IMG/VR virus record: IMGVR_UViG_2695420398_000002
Coordinates: 1-16,314 of that record
Length of the DNA: 16,314 bases
Origin: a virus
Taxonomy: Duplodnaviria; Heunggongvirae; Uroviricota; Caudoviricetes
Reading direction: 5' to 3' (one strand)
This document shows, in pieces, positions 1-7,709 of this stretch (positions are counted from its first letter, which is position 1; the number at the start of each line of letters is the position of its first letter). The notes under the pieces are model-generated. The model was not told the DNA's origin. It saw only the letters and a program-made list of their open reading frames with translations, and did not search any database. The position numbers and the translations under genes are program-made.

Positions 1-89
1 GATATCGGGGCACCCGGCAATTTCTGCAATCTGCGAAGCTGGCGATCGGTCAGACTTAAATGCCTGGCAACTTCAGTCTGCGTAGCCAC
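1..89 (-). CDS. Terminase small subunit (Nu1-like), N-terminal part only; gene continues past the window start
   Basis: Minus-strand frame opens just downstream of cosB with a GAGG/AGGAG Shine-Dalgarno and a GTG start at 89; translation (V)ATQTEVARHLSLTDRQLRRLQKLPGAPI looks like the N-terminal HTH of small terminases. Position immediately after cos matches lambda Nu1. Start codon is non-ATG, so uncertain. Confidence 0.4.
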   Translation of the reverse strand, partial: MATQTEVARHLSLTDRQLRRLQKLPGAPI

Positions 90-128
90 TCCTCACCTCG
101 CAAAAACTCTCACCTCACAATTAGCACA

Positions 129-237
129 AAACCGGTCATGTCCGGTTTACATGTCCATTTTTTGCGCATGTCCGGTTCACGGAAAGCCCGTTCTTATATT
201 TTTCATGTAGTTAACTTGCAGAGAAACCGGACATGGT
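129..237. repeat. cosB-like cluster of repeated CATGTCCGGTT elements (two direct copies at 137-147 and 167-177, one inverted at 226-237, plus degenerate copies at 129-140 and 150-158)
   Basis: Repeats read directly from the sequence; they lie between cosN and the Nu1-like start, where lambda has its R3/R2/R1 terminase-binding sites, and the inverted/direct arrangement resembles lambda R3 versus R2/R1. Confidence 0.5.
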
Positions 238-272
238 TCCCGGAAAATTTTCATAAATAGCGAAAACCCGCG

Positions 273-284
273 AGGTCGCCGCCC
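273..284. other. cos: cosN cohesive-end site; flanks 241-300 match lambda left-end and right-end sequence
   Basis: Plus 273-284 AGGTCGCCGCCC is the exact reverse complement of the lambda 12-nt cohesive end GGGCGGCGACCT; plus 241-272 is the complement of the lambda left-end sequence CGCGGGTTTTCGCTATTTATGAAAATTTTCCG and 285-297 matches the lambda right-end GACAGGTTACG (recalled from memory). Confidence 0.75.
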
Positions 285-695
285 CGTAACCTGTCGGATT
301 GCCGGAAAGGACCCGTCAGCCGTTCTGGTCGACTTCGTAATGGGATTTAATAGCTGAACGACAAAAGTCGTGCAACCACGGTTGCACAGACCTGAATACA
401 CGTCCTGTTTCTTCCACCCCCGCACAGGACTGGCGAGCATGAGGGACAAACCCGCGAATCATAAACGCGGTAAAAACCCGGTGTGCATCGTTTTTGATTA
501 TTCCCGCACACTCGCGCAGAGGAGTTCCCCGTCGGGCTACGGTCATGGTTAATGCGGGAATACGGCGACGATACAGCGCATGATGTGTCAGGCCTGAATA
601 CCTTTATCCGTTAAAAGGGATATCAGTTAAGTTATCCCGTGCAGGGTATAAGCCATTATCAAGCCCACCCGTAGATAGGCTTTGTAATGACATCT

Positions 696-1220
696 TCAAT
701 TAATCAGCAGTTCAGGCTGTGTCACCTGCAAAATGTATTCATGCTCGACAGCCAGGACACGCTTCTCTCTCTTCCGTTCGTTCATTAACCGACTGCCGAT
801 CGTACCTTTCAGCTTTGAGCGTGTTTCTTTGATGGCGTAGCGGTGCTGCATTTCTTCGCCAATTGCCATGCGGCGGCTCAGTTGCTCTGCCATCCAGTTG
901 AATGCTGCGATATAGCTCTCCTTGATTGCCGCAGCAGCTTTCCCGGTGAACCCCATCACAACCATGATCCAGCCATCTTTCGTCAGGCTGTACATCGGGC
1001 GAACCTTGCCCTGCTCATCGATATAATCAGCCGACGCAAAATTGCGTTGGCTAAACTCACGCGAGCAATCAGCCTTAACCTGCTCGATTTTCCTGAGAAC
1101 ATCACCGTGTCGCTTGCCGAAGTACTTGGCAATTTTTCTGGATGTGGTAACGACCTCTCCGTTTTTGGCTTGCACCATTTCTCGGAAGTCGAAGGCTGGA
1201 ATAACTGAATGATTATTCAT
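696..1220 (-). CDS. Phage regulatory protein, Rha family
   Basis: Translation contains a motif characteristic of the Phage_pRha domain (TTSRKIAKYFGKRHGDVLRKIE). ATG at 1220 is preceded by AAAGG; the longer ORF to 1256 begins with GTG. Confidence 0.7.
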   Translation of the reverse strand: MNNHSVIPAFDFREMVQAKNGEVVTTSRKIAKYFGKRHGDVLRKIEQVKADCSREFSQRNFASADYIDEQGKVRPMYSLTKDGWIMVVMGFTGKAAAAIKESYIAAFNWMAEQLSRRMAIGEEMQHRYAIKETRSKLKGTIGSRLMNERKREKRVLAVEHEYILQVTQPELLIN

Positions 1221-1363
1221 AGCGTCTTTACCTTTTAGAAAGTGAGCCTGTCTCACAGAAAAGCCGCCCGAGAGAGGTCGCCACCTATAACGGCATTTCT
1301 CAGGCTCGCTTACTGAAAGGCTCTCGTTAATATGCGCGTGAGATGCGCGTTTACTGCGGACAT

Positions 1364-1386
1364 AAAAAAGCCCCGCATCGCGAGGC
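1364..1386 (-). terminator. Rho-independent terminator downstream of Rz
   Basis: On the minus strand GCCTCGCGATGCGGGGC (6-bp GC stem with one G-U pair, 5-nt loop) is followed by TTTTTT. Confidence 0.5.
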
Positions 1387-1418
1387 TCATTAAATTGACT
1401 TTGTGATTTGCAAAAAAA

Positions 1419-1886
1419 TTATTTCAGGCATTGCGTCCTGATGTACTCCTGAAGCGTTCTCAGTGCTGTTTGGTCACGGATAATTCCGTCCCGGATACCG
1501 AGAACGTTTCGTCCAGCAACTGGAGAGAGTTCGACGGTGGCATCATTGCCCATGCCGGAGGCGCTGGAGGTTTCGGCTGAGGATGGCACAGAGCATTTTC
1601 CTTTGACGAGCACCCGACCACCATTATCAAGCTTGCGCCGAAGAGCATCATTTTCAGCTTTCGCATCAGCCAACTCCTTCGTGTATTTAGCATCGAGTAC
1701 ATCAGCAGCACGCTGGCGTTGCTGCATGTCAGTAATGGTGGCGGTCGCCTGCTTCAGCTCACTGACTTTTTTATCACGCTGCTCTTTGTAGGCGATGGCG
1801 TTATCACGGTAATGATTAACAGCCCATGACAGGCAGAGGATGATGCAAATAACCAGAGCGGAGATAATCGCGGTTACCCTGCTCAT
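1419..1886 (-). CDS. Rz: Spanin inner-membrane subunit (i-spanin) Rz
   Basis: N-terminus [16 protein letters not shown]...[10 protein letters not shown] is near-identical to lambda Rz as recalled, with a coiled-coil body; ATG at 1886 overlaps the endolysin stop (ATGA). Confidence 0.85.
   Translation of the reverse strand: MSRVTAIISALVICIILCLSWAVNHYRDNAIAYKEQRDKKVSELKQATATITDMQQRQRAADVLDAKYTKELADAKAENDALRRKLDNGGRVLVKGKCSVPSSAETSSASGMGNDATVELSPVAGRNVLGIRDGIIRDQTALRTLQEYIRTQCLK
1460..1666 (-). CDS. Rz1: Spanin outer-membrane lipoprotein (o-spanin) Rz1, embedded in the +1 frame of Rz
   Basis: [21 protein letters not shown] has a lipobox (VVGC) and is followed by a proline-rich stretch PKPPAPPAW, as in lambda Rz1; the gene lies wholly inside Rz. 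Confidence 0.75.
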   Translation of the reverse strand: MRKLKMMLFGASLIMVVGCSSKENALCHPQPKPPAPPAWAMMPPSNSLQLLDETFSVSGTELSVTKQH

Positions 1887-2380
1887 TGCTGCCCCCACAA
1901 ACAGACTTCACGCTCAATATCACGACGGGTCATCAGCCCTTTCCATTGCTTACCGCCAGCGTATGTCCAGCGACGTAGCTGGTCACATGCGCCTTTGATA
2001 TCACCCTGGTTTATTTTGCGAAGAAGCGTCGATGTTCTGAAATTACCAGCGCCCACGTTGTAAACGAACGAGTAAAGAGCGCCGCGCGTTGTTTCCGGTA
2101 TATCGACGTTGATGTACGGGTTAATTTGTCTGGCGACCGTGGCAAGGTCTTTATTCAAGAGTGCTTTGCATTCTGCTTCGGTATACGTTTTACCGGGCAT
2201 GATGTCTTTTCCGGTGTGTCCGTGACATACAGTCCATACGCCAACGATATCTTCGTATGGTATGTAGCTGACACCTTCCAGACCATCGTTACCACCTGGA
2301 CCAGTGATGAGCACAGACGCTATGGCAACAGCCCCACCACCAATAGCAGCTGCAACAGCCTTGCGTAATGACGGCGACAT
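1883..2380 (-). CDS. R: SAR (signal-arrest-release) endolysin, phage 21 R21-type lysozyme
   Basis: N-terminal weakly hydrophobic Gly/Ala-rich SAR segment ([21 protein letters not shown]) followed by a lysozyme core; near-identical to phage 21 R as recalled. Its start overlaps the holin stop. Confidence 0.9.
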   Translation of the reverse strand: MSPSLRKAVAAAIGGGAVAIASVLITGPGGNDGLEGVSYIPYEDIVGVWTVCHGHTGKDIMPGKTYTEAECKALLNKDLATVARQINPYINVDIPETTRGALYSFVYNVGAGNFRTSTLLRKINQGDIKGACDQLRRWTYAGGKQWKGLMTRRDIEREVCLWGQQ

Positions 2381-2586
2381 TATTCACCTCTCGCAGCCTT
2401 ACGCTTATCTTCTTTAATCTTGAAATAAAGATTTGTCAGATACGTCAGCAGGCCAAACAGCAGACTTCCCAGCACACCTATTGCCACCCACTGGGACGGA
2501 GAGACTTTGTCCAGCAGCTGCAGTAACCAGTATCCCGTCCCCACCGCTGACGTGGTGTATGACACACCTGTTGTGATTTTTTCCAT
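2380..2586 (-). CDS. S: Pinholin, phage 21 S21-type
   Basis: 68-aa protein with two TM segments and a charged C-terminus ([13 protein letters not shown]), near-identical to S21 as recalled; GGAGA Shine-Dalgarno upstream. Confidence 0.9.
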   Translation of the reverse strand: MEKITTGVSYTTSAVGTGYWLLQLLDKVSPSQWVAIGVLGSLLFGLLTYLTNLYFKIKEDKRKAARGE

Positions 2587-2630
2587 CTGATGTATGTCTC
2601 CGTCACCGCCGACAGAAAATGAAAGTAAAG

Positions 2631-2667
2631 AAAAACAAAAAAGCCGCCAGTGTCACCCACTGACGGC
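2631..2667 (-). terminator. Strong Rho-independent terminator about 45 nt upstream of the holin start (tR'-like)
   Basis: Minus strand GCCGTCAGTG-GGTGA-CACTGGCGGC (10-bp stem including one G-U pair) followed by TTTTTTGTTTTT. Confidence 0.6.
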
Positions 2668-2841
2668 CAACACCGGGAGCCGTGATTATGGCATTCAGGC
2701 TCTGCTAAAAATGCCAGATAACATTCCGGCCTCCCCCGATTCAGGTTATAAATGACACAATATCTTGACAACATCCGTCACTGTCTGTCAGAAAATGTAC
2801 TGCCATATAGAAGCAACATGTGAAGTACATCTATCCTTTTG

Positions 2842-2884
2842 AGCCAGCACCTCTCCACCGAAAGTCAGTGCTGGCTGTTTTTTT
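2842..2884 (+). terminator. Plus-strand hairpin plus T7 run (terminator-like), copy A of a tandem module
   Basis: AGCCAGCAC ... GTGCTGGCT 9-bp inverted repeat with a 17-nt loop, followed by GTTTTTTT; about 45 nt downstream of a TTGACA -35 element at 2765-2770. Confidence 0.4.
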
Positions 2885-2991
2885 CCTTAATAAAGCATCT
2901 GTAACTGAAACAATCCGCATATTGATAATATATTGACAGGCATCATTGCTGTCTGTGAAAAATAAGTCTCTACAAACATATAAGGCCTTTT

Positions 2992-3033
2992 AGCCAGCGT
3001 CTTCTTTTTCAGGTCAGTCGCTGGCTTTTTTTA
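2992..3033 (+). terminator. Plus-strand hairpin plus T7 run (terminator-like), copy B of a tandem module
   Basis: AGCCAGCG ... CGCTGGCT 8-bp inverted repeat with a 19-nt loop, followed by TTTTTTT; preceded by TTGACA at 2933-2938. The T-run abuts the nanS stop codon. Confidence 0.4.
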
Positions 3034-4884
3034 TTATGCTGCCGGTGCATTTATCTCCAGCACCAGACTTTCTATCTCAACGCCATACGCTGCATTTTTT
3101 GTAACATCCGTCAGCGTCAGCGCATTCAGTCCCAGTGTCAGACTGTCTTTTATAACCTGGAATGCCGGGCCAGCCACTCCATTCAGTTTCGGAGTAACCG
3201 TGGCACTGCCGGCGGTGAACACCAGCTCCAGCGTCTGCCAGTCGTTACCGTAATCGCCGAACTCCCCCAGCTTCGTGTTTCCGGCTTTCCTGTGATGCAT
3301 CAGATTCACTCTGCCGTCAGTGGTCTGAGTGAAGTACGACATCAGGAACGGATTACCGGTACCCGTCATCGCCACACCATCAGGAACGGGAGCATCCGTA
3401 TACAGATAAATCCCCAGCCCGAACTGATTGTTGGTCAGTGCGCCTGACAGGCGGAACTTACAGGTCAGTCTGCCGCCCTGTGTCAGCAGGGTAATTGCGT
3501 CATCCACCGGATGCGTCAGGGACCAGGTTTTATTGCTCTGCTTGGTGATCTTAAATACACCATCTGACAACTGAATTCCGCCATCCTTAATGCTCCAGCC
3601 CTGCGCAGCAGCCTCTCCGGCTGCCGGCAGCAGGGAGATTGTGCGAACGGACGTATCTGCAGACGGACCCGATGGCGTGTTGCCGCCGGGCGAGGGTTTG
3701 ATTTCCGGTGCCTTACCACTGATGAAGGCTGAGGTGCGCCCGGCTGCGTTCAGAATAGCGGTTGCCAGACGATCCGGAATAATGCTCCTGCGCGCCCATG
3801 AACTGAAATGTGTCGGGCGGTTTGATGATACCTGGTTTCCATTCGTTCTCGATGCCGCACCGTAATATCCTGATGCCGGAATATCCGGATCTTCTGCCGG
3901 CGCGTTAGTGGCGGTATTGACGCCGTTACCGTCTGTCATGAAGGGCACAAAATAAACGCCCTCACTCTCCCTGTTTTTATACCCGCCGTACACGGTGTCG
4001 TACTGGGTAGCGTATGTATTTTTCCAGTAATACGTCGTGTCACCACAAATCCACGGCACATCTACAGCGCTGCCACCATGGCACTGCGCGTTAAACACGG
4101 AGAGGTCAGCACGAAACTGTGTCAGCATGGCTGTAAACAGCGCAGGTTGCTGTGCGTGGGTGGCGGCACTCATGTCAAACTCACCCTGCATCCAGCAGAC
4201 GGCCAGCAGAACGTTTTTGGGATTTTTCTGCAATGCCGCTTTTGTGCGGGAAATCAGATCCTGATATAACGGCTTGCCCACCCCCCAGCGTGCCGAATCC
4301 TGACTGGCCCCCGTGGACTCGCTGAATGTCCCCTCCGCGCCCTGGGTAAATGCCGAACCACCACGACAGCATGGTACCAGCAGGATCCCCGCGTTATTCG
4401 GGATATACGGGAGCAGTTTTTTGGCAATATGTAAACCCTGGCCGACACAGCCGTACTGCCCTTTGCTCAGGTCAGCCCTCGGATGATTCAGCGTACTCAT
4501 ATCCTGCACATCATGCAGACAGTGGTCAGCCGGAATAATATCGTTATATCTGCAGGCAGCCCCGCCCGGCGTCACTGTACTGCGGCGCGCCAGCTGTTTA
4601 ATGCGCGGATCCGGAGCATCGTATGAATCCGGCAGCGGAAGCCCTTCACCGTAAGCCATGGCATTGGACTGCCCGGCCAGTACGATGACGTAGTACCAAT
4701 CCGGCTCAGATGAAGGGCCGACCTGTGGCTCTCCTTCAATAGCCACCGCCTGCATCAGTGTGTACGGCGTAATGGCAACCGGTCCGCCGTATGGCTGCCA
4801 GCCCTCTTTCAGTTTGTGTGTCAGCTTTTCCGCAAGGTCTGACGGCGACGCCGCCCTGACAACATCGTAATGTTTAATCGACAT
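3034..4884 (-). CDS. nanS: Prophage sialate O-acetylesterase, NanS-p-like (DUF1737-like N-terminus plus SASA/SGNH esterase domain)
   Basis: 616-aa ORF with a GQSN esterase motif (YVIVLAGQSNAMAYGEG) and strong GGGAGAAA Shine-Dalgarno; sits between Q and the lysis genes, as NanS-p does in Stx and related prophages. Confidence 0.75.
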   Translation of the reverse strand: MSIKHYDVVRAASPSDLAEKLTHKLKEGWQPYGGPVAITPYTLMQAVAIEGEPQVGPSSEPDWYYVIVLAGQSNAMAYGEGLPLPDSYDAPDPRIKQLARRSTVTPGGAACRYNDIIPADHCLHDVQDMSTLNHPRADLSKGQYGCVGQGLHIAKKLLPYIPNNAGILLVPCCRGGSAFTQGAEGTFSESTGASQDSARWGVGKPLYQDLISRTKAALQKNPKNVLLAVCWMQGEFDMSAATHAQQPALFTAMLTQFRADLSVFNAQCHGGSAVDVPWICGDTTYYWKNTYATQYDTVYGGYKNRESEGVYFVPFMTDGNGVNTATNAPAEDPDIPASGYYGAASRTNGNQVSSNRPTHFSSWARRSIIPDRLATAILNAAGRTSAFISGKAPEIKPSPGGNTPSGPSADTSVRTISLLPAAGEAAAQGWSIKDGGIQLSDGVFKITKQSNKTWSLTHPVDDAITLLTQGGRLTCKFRLSGALTNNQFGLGIYLYTDAPVPDGVAMTGTGNPFLMSYFTQTTDGRVNLMHHRKAGNTKLGEFGDYGNDWQTLELVFTAGSATVTPKLNGVAGPAFQVIKDSLTLGLNALTLTDVTKNAAYGVEIESLVLEINAPAA

Positions 4885-4970
4885 CGAATTTCTCCCGTGT
4901 ACAGGAACAGAGTTAAAAAGCCGGAACCGGAATCAAATCACAGGATGACCATCTGCCAGTGGCAGGTCAT

Positions 4971-4997
4971 AAAAAAAAGGCCGCGCCATGCGCAGCC
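4971..4997 (-). terminator. Rho-independent terminator about 90 nt upstream of nanS
   Basis: Minus strand GGCTGCGC-ATG-GCGCGGCC (8-bp GC-rich stem, 3-nt loop) followed by TTTTTTTT. Confidence 0.55.
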
Positions 4998-5183
4998 AGA
5001 ACTCACAAGGAAAATGATAGAAGGAAATAACATTAGTGATGTACGCATGGCGCCTCCCGCTAAGTTCTGCAATGATCAAACAGAACTCGCTACGTGCCCT
5101 TAAAACTCGATCATTTAGCCCCTCCAAGGAGGATTCACCATGCGGTTGGTTTTTTAATAAACAGTAAACAAAAAAGTCAAGAA

Positions 5184-5294
5184 TTATTCATTCTGTTCTT
5201 TCATCATCGGCCACAGCAATACCACAATGCCGCAGACCAGAGCGCCATCAGTCAGTACCAACATTATCCTGCTGGTGAAATCCATCATCACCAT
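5184..5294 (-). CDS. Candidate small hydrophobic protein (36 aa, MVMMDFTSRIMLVLTDGALVCGIVVLLWPMMKEQNE)
   Basis: ATG-initiated ORF found by manual translation; single predicted TM helix; no clear Shine-Dalgarno. Could be a chance ORF. Confidence 0.2.
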   Translation of the reverse strand: MVMMDFTSRIMLVLTDGALVCGIVVLLWPMMKEQNE

Positions 5295-5427
5295 CACTAA
5301 AAGCAGGATCACAACAGCAAGCAGACACAGTTTATAAAACAATGTTCAGAAAACGCATTCAGCATGCCTAAGGTTCTATTCCTACGAATAGCCAACTTGC
5401 AACTTAAAATATTATTTATGCAGCCAA

Positions 5428-6186
5428 TTAAATTCTGGTCCTTACAATATCAACCTGAAGATTCTTATCTTGTGCTGATTGATAAATCACAAACCTTTTA
5501 CTACCTGCATTGAAAGAAGTAGACAAAACCAGACAATTATCATAACGAGCAAGAACATAATACCAACCATCATTATAATTAATCATTTCATATTCTTTCT
5601 TAAACTGTGGTTTGTAATATCCTGTCAGAAATGAAAAAAGCCAGAAATATGCCACAAAAGCAATCATCACAATCTCAAAAAAATGTTTTTTTATAAATGG
5701 CTTATCATAGAAGCATGATACCGATAAAAATCGCCCATAAGATCTTATCGAAATTGTAACCGCCAGCGCAATCGCTGCTGACAGTAGCAAAAGAGGTACC
5801 TGAATCTTCTGTCTCAATATAGAAAACTCAATAATTGCCGGCACAAACAATAATTCCACAGCAAAATAAAGGCGAAATACATTTAGCTCTTGCATAGAAT
5901 GTTTTCTTTTCACTGCGAAAAAGAATACAACACCAATACCCCAACCGATAAGAAATATAGCAATGACGATAACTGCAAAAAATAAACTTCTGGCAACATC
6001 ATCAACACCTGCACCTACAATCCACCATGGGAAGCCGTAGTAAAAAGAAGTACCCCATCCATAGAAATAAGCACTCCCCCATCCAAGGCATCCCATGTAG
6101 GCAATAAAAAGTGAAGAACTCCTGAGCAGCGCACCATCCTTCATAACCACCCCAATACAAGATGATAACATTGGCTTACAACTCAT
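5428..6186 (-). CDS. Hypothetical polytopic inner-membrane protein (252 aa), AT-rich moron immediately downstream of Q/pR'
   Basis: Long ATG-initiated ORF with 4-5 strongly hydrophobic segments and a roughly 70-aa hydrophilic C-terminal tail; visibly AT-rich relative to flanking lambda-like genes; no family recognised. Confidence 0.7.
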   Translation of the reverse strand: MSCKPMLSSCIGVVMKDGALLRSSSLFIAYMGCLGWGSAYFYGWGTSFYYGFPWWIVGAGVDDVARSLFFAVIVIAIFLIGWGIGVVFFFAVKRKHSMQELNVFRLYFAVELLFVPAIIEFSILRQKIQVPLLLLSAAIALAVTISIRSYGRFLSVSCFYDKPFIKKHFFEIVMIAFVAYFWLFSFLTGYYKPQFKKEYEMINYNDGWYYVLARYDNCLVLSTSFNAGSKRFVIYQSAQDKNLQVDIVRTRI

Positions 6187-6344
6187 AACAAAAGCAATTC
6201 AATGCCGTCAAGAGGTTACAGGCTAAAAAAACTCTATTACATTGCAGTCAGCATGTTTACTACACAAATACAATTCAGAGCATAAAAACTACTCGGCGGC
6301 AGGTTATTGAGACTCATCAATGACATGTAAAAAACGCCCATTAT

Positions 6345-6381
6345 TGGTGTCAAGTTTCCCCAAAGTTATTCAAAAAGTCAA
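6345..6381 (-). promoter_or_regulatory. Late promoter pR' with overlapping qut region
   Basis: Minus strand TTGACTTTTTGAATAACTTTGGGGAAACTTGAC aligns with lambda pR' (TTGACTTATTGAATAAAATTGGGTAAATTTGAC as recalled): -35 TTGACT, 17-nt spacer, degenerate -10 GAAACT; it starts about 40 nt after the Q stop. Confidence 0.55.
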
Positions 6382-6423
6382 TATTATGCCGTTAATATGT
6401 TGCCATCCGTGGCAATCATGGCG

Positions 6424-7047
6424 CTAACGTGTGATCGCATTCAAAATGTTGTCTGCGATTGACTCTTCCTTGTGGCATTGCACAACCAGAGCGTCATACA
6501 GCGGCTTAACAGTGCGTGACCAGGTGGGTTGGGTAAGGTTTGGGATTAGCATCGTCACAGCGCGATATGCGGCGCTTGCTGGCATTCTTGAATAACCGAC
6601 GCCTTTACATCTTCCGCACTCTTTCTCAGCAACTATCCCCCACTGCTCTGTTTTGGCTATATCAACCGCACGGCCTGTACCGTGGCAATCTCTGCATCTT
6701 GCGCCCGGCGTAGCGGCACTACGGCAATAATCCGCATAAGCGAATGTTGCGAGCACTTGCAGTACCTTTGCCTTAGTATTTCCTTCAAGCTTTGCCACGC
6801 CACGGTATTTCCCCGATACCTTGTGTGCAAATTGCATCAGATAGTTGATAGCCTTTTGTTTGTCGTTCTGGCTGAGTTCGTGCTTACCACAGAATACAGC
6901 CATTCCGAATCCGGCTTGTGATTGCGCCATCCCCATAGCAGCCATCACATCAGTACCGGAAAGAGAGTCAGAAGCCGTGGCCCGTGGTGAGTCGCTCATC
7001 ATCGGGCTTTTTGGCGAATGAAATTTAGCTACGCTTTCGAGTCTCAT
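6424..7047 (-). CDS. Q: Late-gene antiterminator Q (lambda-type)
   Basis: 207 aa, essentially identical to lambda Q as recalled, including the CRDCHGTGR...CGRCKGVG zinc-binding region. Confidence 0.95.
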   Translation of the reverse strand: MRLESVAKFHSPKSPMMSDSPRATASDSLSGTDVMAAMGMAQSQAGFGMAVFCGKHELSQNDKQKAINYLMQFAHKVSGKYRGVAKLEGNTKAKVLQVLATFAYADYCRSAATPGARCRDCHGTGRAVDIAKTEQWGIVAEKECGRCKGVGYSRMPASAAYRAVTMLIPNLTQPTWSRTVKPLYDALVVQCHKEESIADNILNAITR

Positions 7048-7709
7048 GCGCCTTCTCCCTGTACCTGAATCAATGTGAGATTTCCGCAGAACACTGCCCC
7101 AGTATCGATATACATCTGGTTGGCAAATTTGAGTGGTTTCACTGCTGGCGTATGACCAAAGATAAACGTGTCCGCGCCTTTAATTTCTTTAACGATCCCG
7201 TCTTGTGAGTTGCTGATTCGTTCGCGGTTCCAGATTACCTGCTGATGATCAACTGGCTTTCCAAATTCGTATTCGTCACAAGGATAATCGGCGTGGCAGA
7301 TGACATATTTTTTACCTTTGCTCACCAGTTCGATGATTAACGGAAGTTCTTCTGCTTTATGGGCAAGAGCTTTAGCCAGAATTTCTTTGTCGTAATCGAG
7401 ATTAAAGAACCAGCCACCGCCATTAAGCAGCCAGTGATTAACGTTTCCACGCTCTGATAAGCCATCAATCATCATTTGCTCATGGTTTCCACGTACAGCT
7501 CTGAACCAGGGGAATGTGATTAATTCCAGGCATTCAACGTTCTCTGCACCACGATCAACCAAATCGCCCACCGAGATAAGCAGGTCTTTTTTGTTGTCGA
7601 ATCCAATCGTATCCAGTTTGTTCATCAGGTTCGTGTAGCATCCGTGCAGATCGCCAACTACCCAAATATTTCGGTATTTGCTGCCATCAATTCTTTCGTA
7701 GATATTCAT
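7044..7709 (-). CDS. ninI: Ser/Thr protein phosphatase (lambda PPase, NinI/orf221)
   Basis: 221 aa with GDLHG, GDLVDRG and GNHE metallophosphatase motifs; near-identical to lambda orf221 as recalled. Confidence 0.95.
   Translation of the reverse strand: MNIYERIDGSKYRNIWVVGDLHGCYTNLMNKLDTIGFDNKKDLLISVGDLVDRGAENVECLELITFPWFRAVRGNHEQMMIDGLSERGNVNHWLLNGGGWFFNLDYDKEILAKALAHKAEELPLIIELVSKGKKYVICHADYPCDEYEFGKPVDHQQVIWNRERISNSQDGIVKEIKGADTFIFGHTPAVKPLKFANQMYIDTGAVFCGNLTLIQVQGEGA

Noticed and set aside
60-260. Plus-strand 66-aa ORF across the cos region
   Set aside because: It lies over cosB repeats and cosN, opposite to the terminase direction, with no Shine-Dalgarno; most likely a chance ORF in regulatory DNA.
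177-552. Overlapping ORFs 177-449 (-), 316-546 (-) and 370-552 (+) on the cosQ side
   Set aside because: Mutually overlapping, no ribosome-binding sites, Arg/Pro-rich low-complexity translations; the region matches non-coding lambda right-end sequence. I did note a perfect dyad GTGCAACC-AC-GGTTGCAC at 369-386 that may be a protein site or terminator, but could not support a call.
843-1208. Plus-strand 121-aa ORF antisense to rha
   Set aside because: Entirely inside the well-supported Rha gene on the opposite strand; Cys/His-rich shadow-ORF composition.
1537-1791. Plus-strand 84-aa ORF antisense to Rz
   Set aside because: Shadow ORF within Rz/Rz1.
2478-2774. Minus-strand 98-aa ORF overlapping the pinholin in another frame
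   Set aside because: It overlaps S21 and spans the upstream terminator; the pinholin frame is strongly supported.
3516-4538. Several 60-90-aa ORFs on both strands inside nanS
   Set aside because: All internal to the 616-aa esterase ORF; GC-rich shadow frames.
6187-6423. Search for a canonical tR' terminator and 6S-RNA-like unit directly downstream of pR'
   Set aside because: There are T-runs (for example the minus-strand T7 at 6227-6233), but I could not find a convincing GC-rich hairpin immediately preceding any of them, so no terminator is annotated here.
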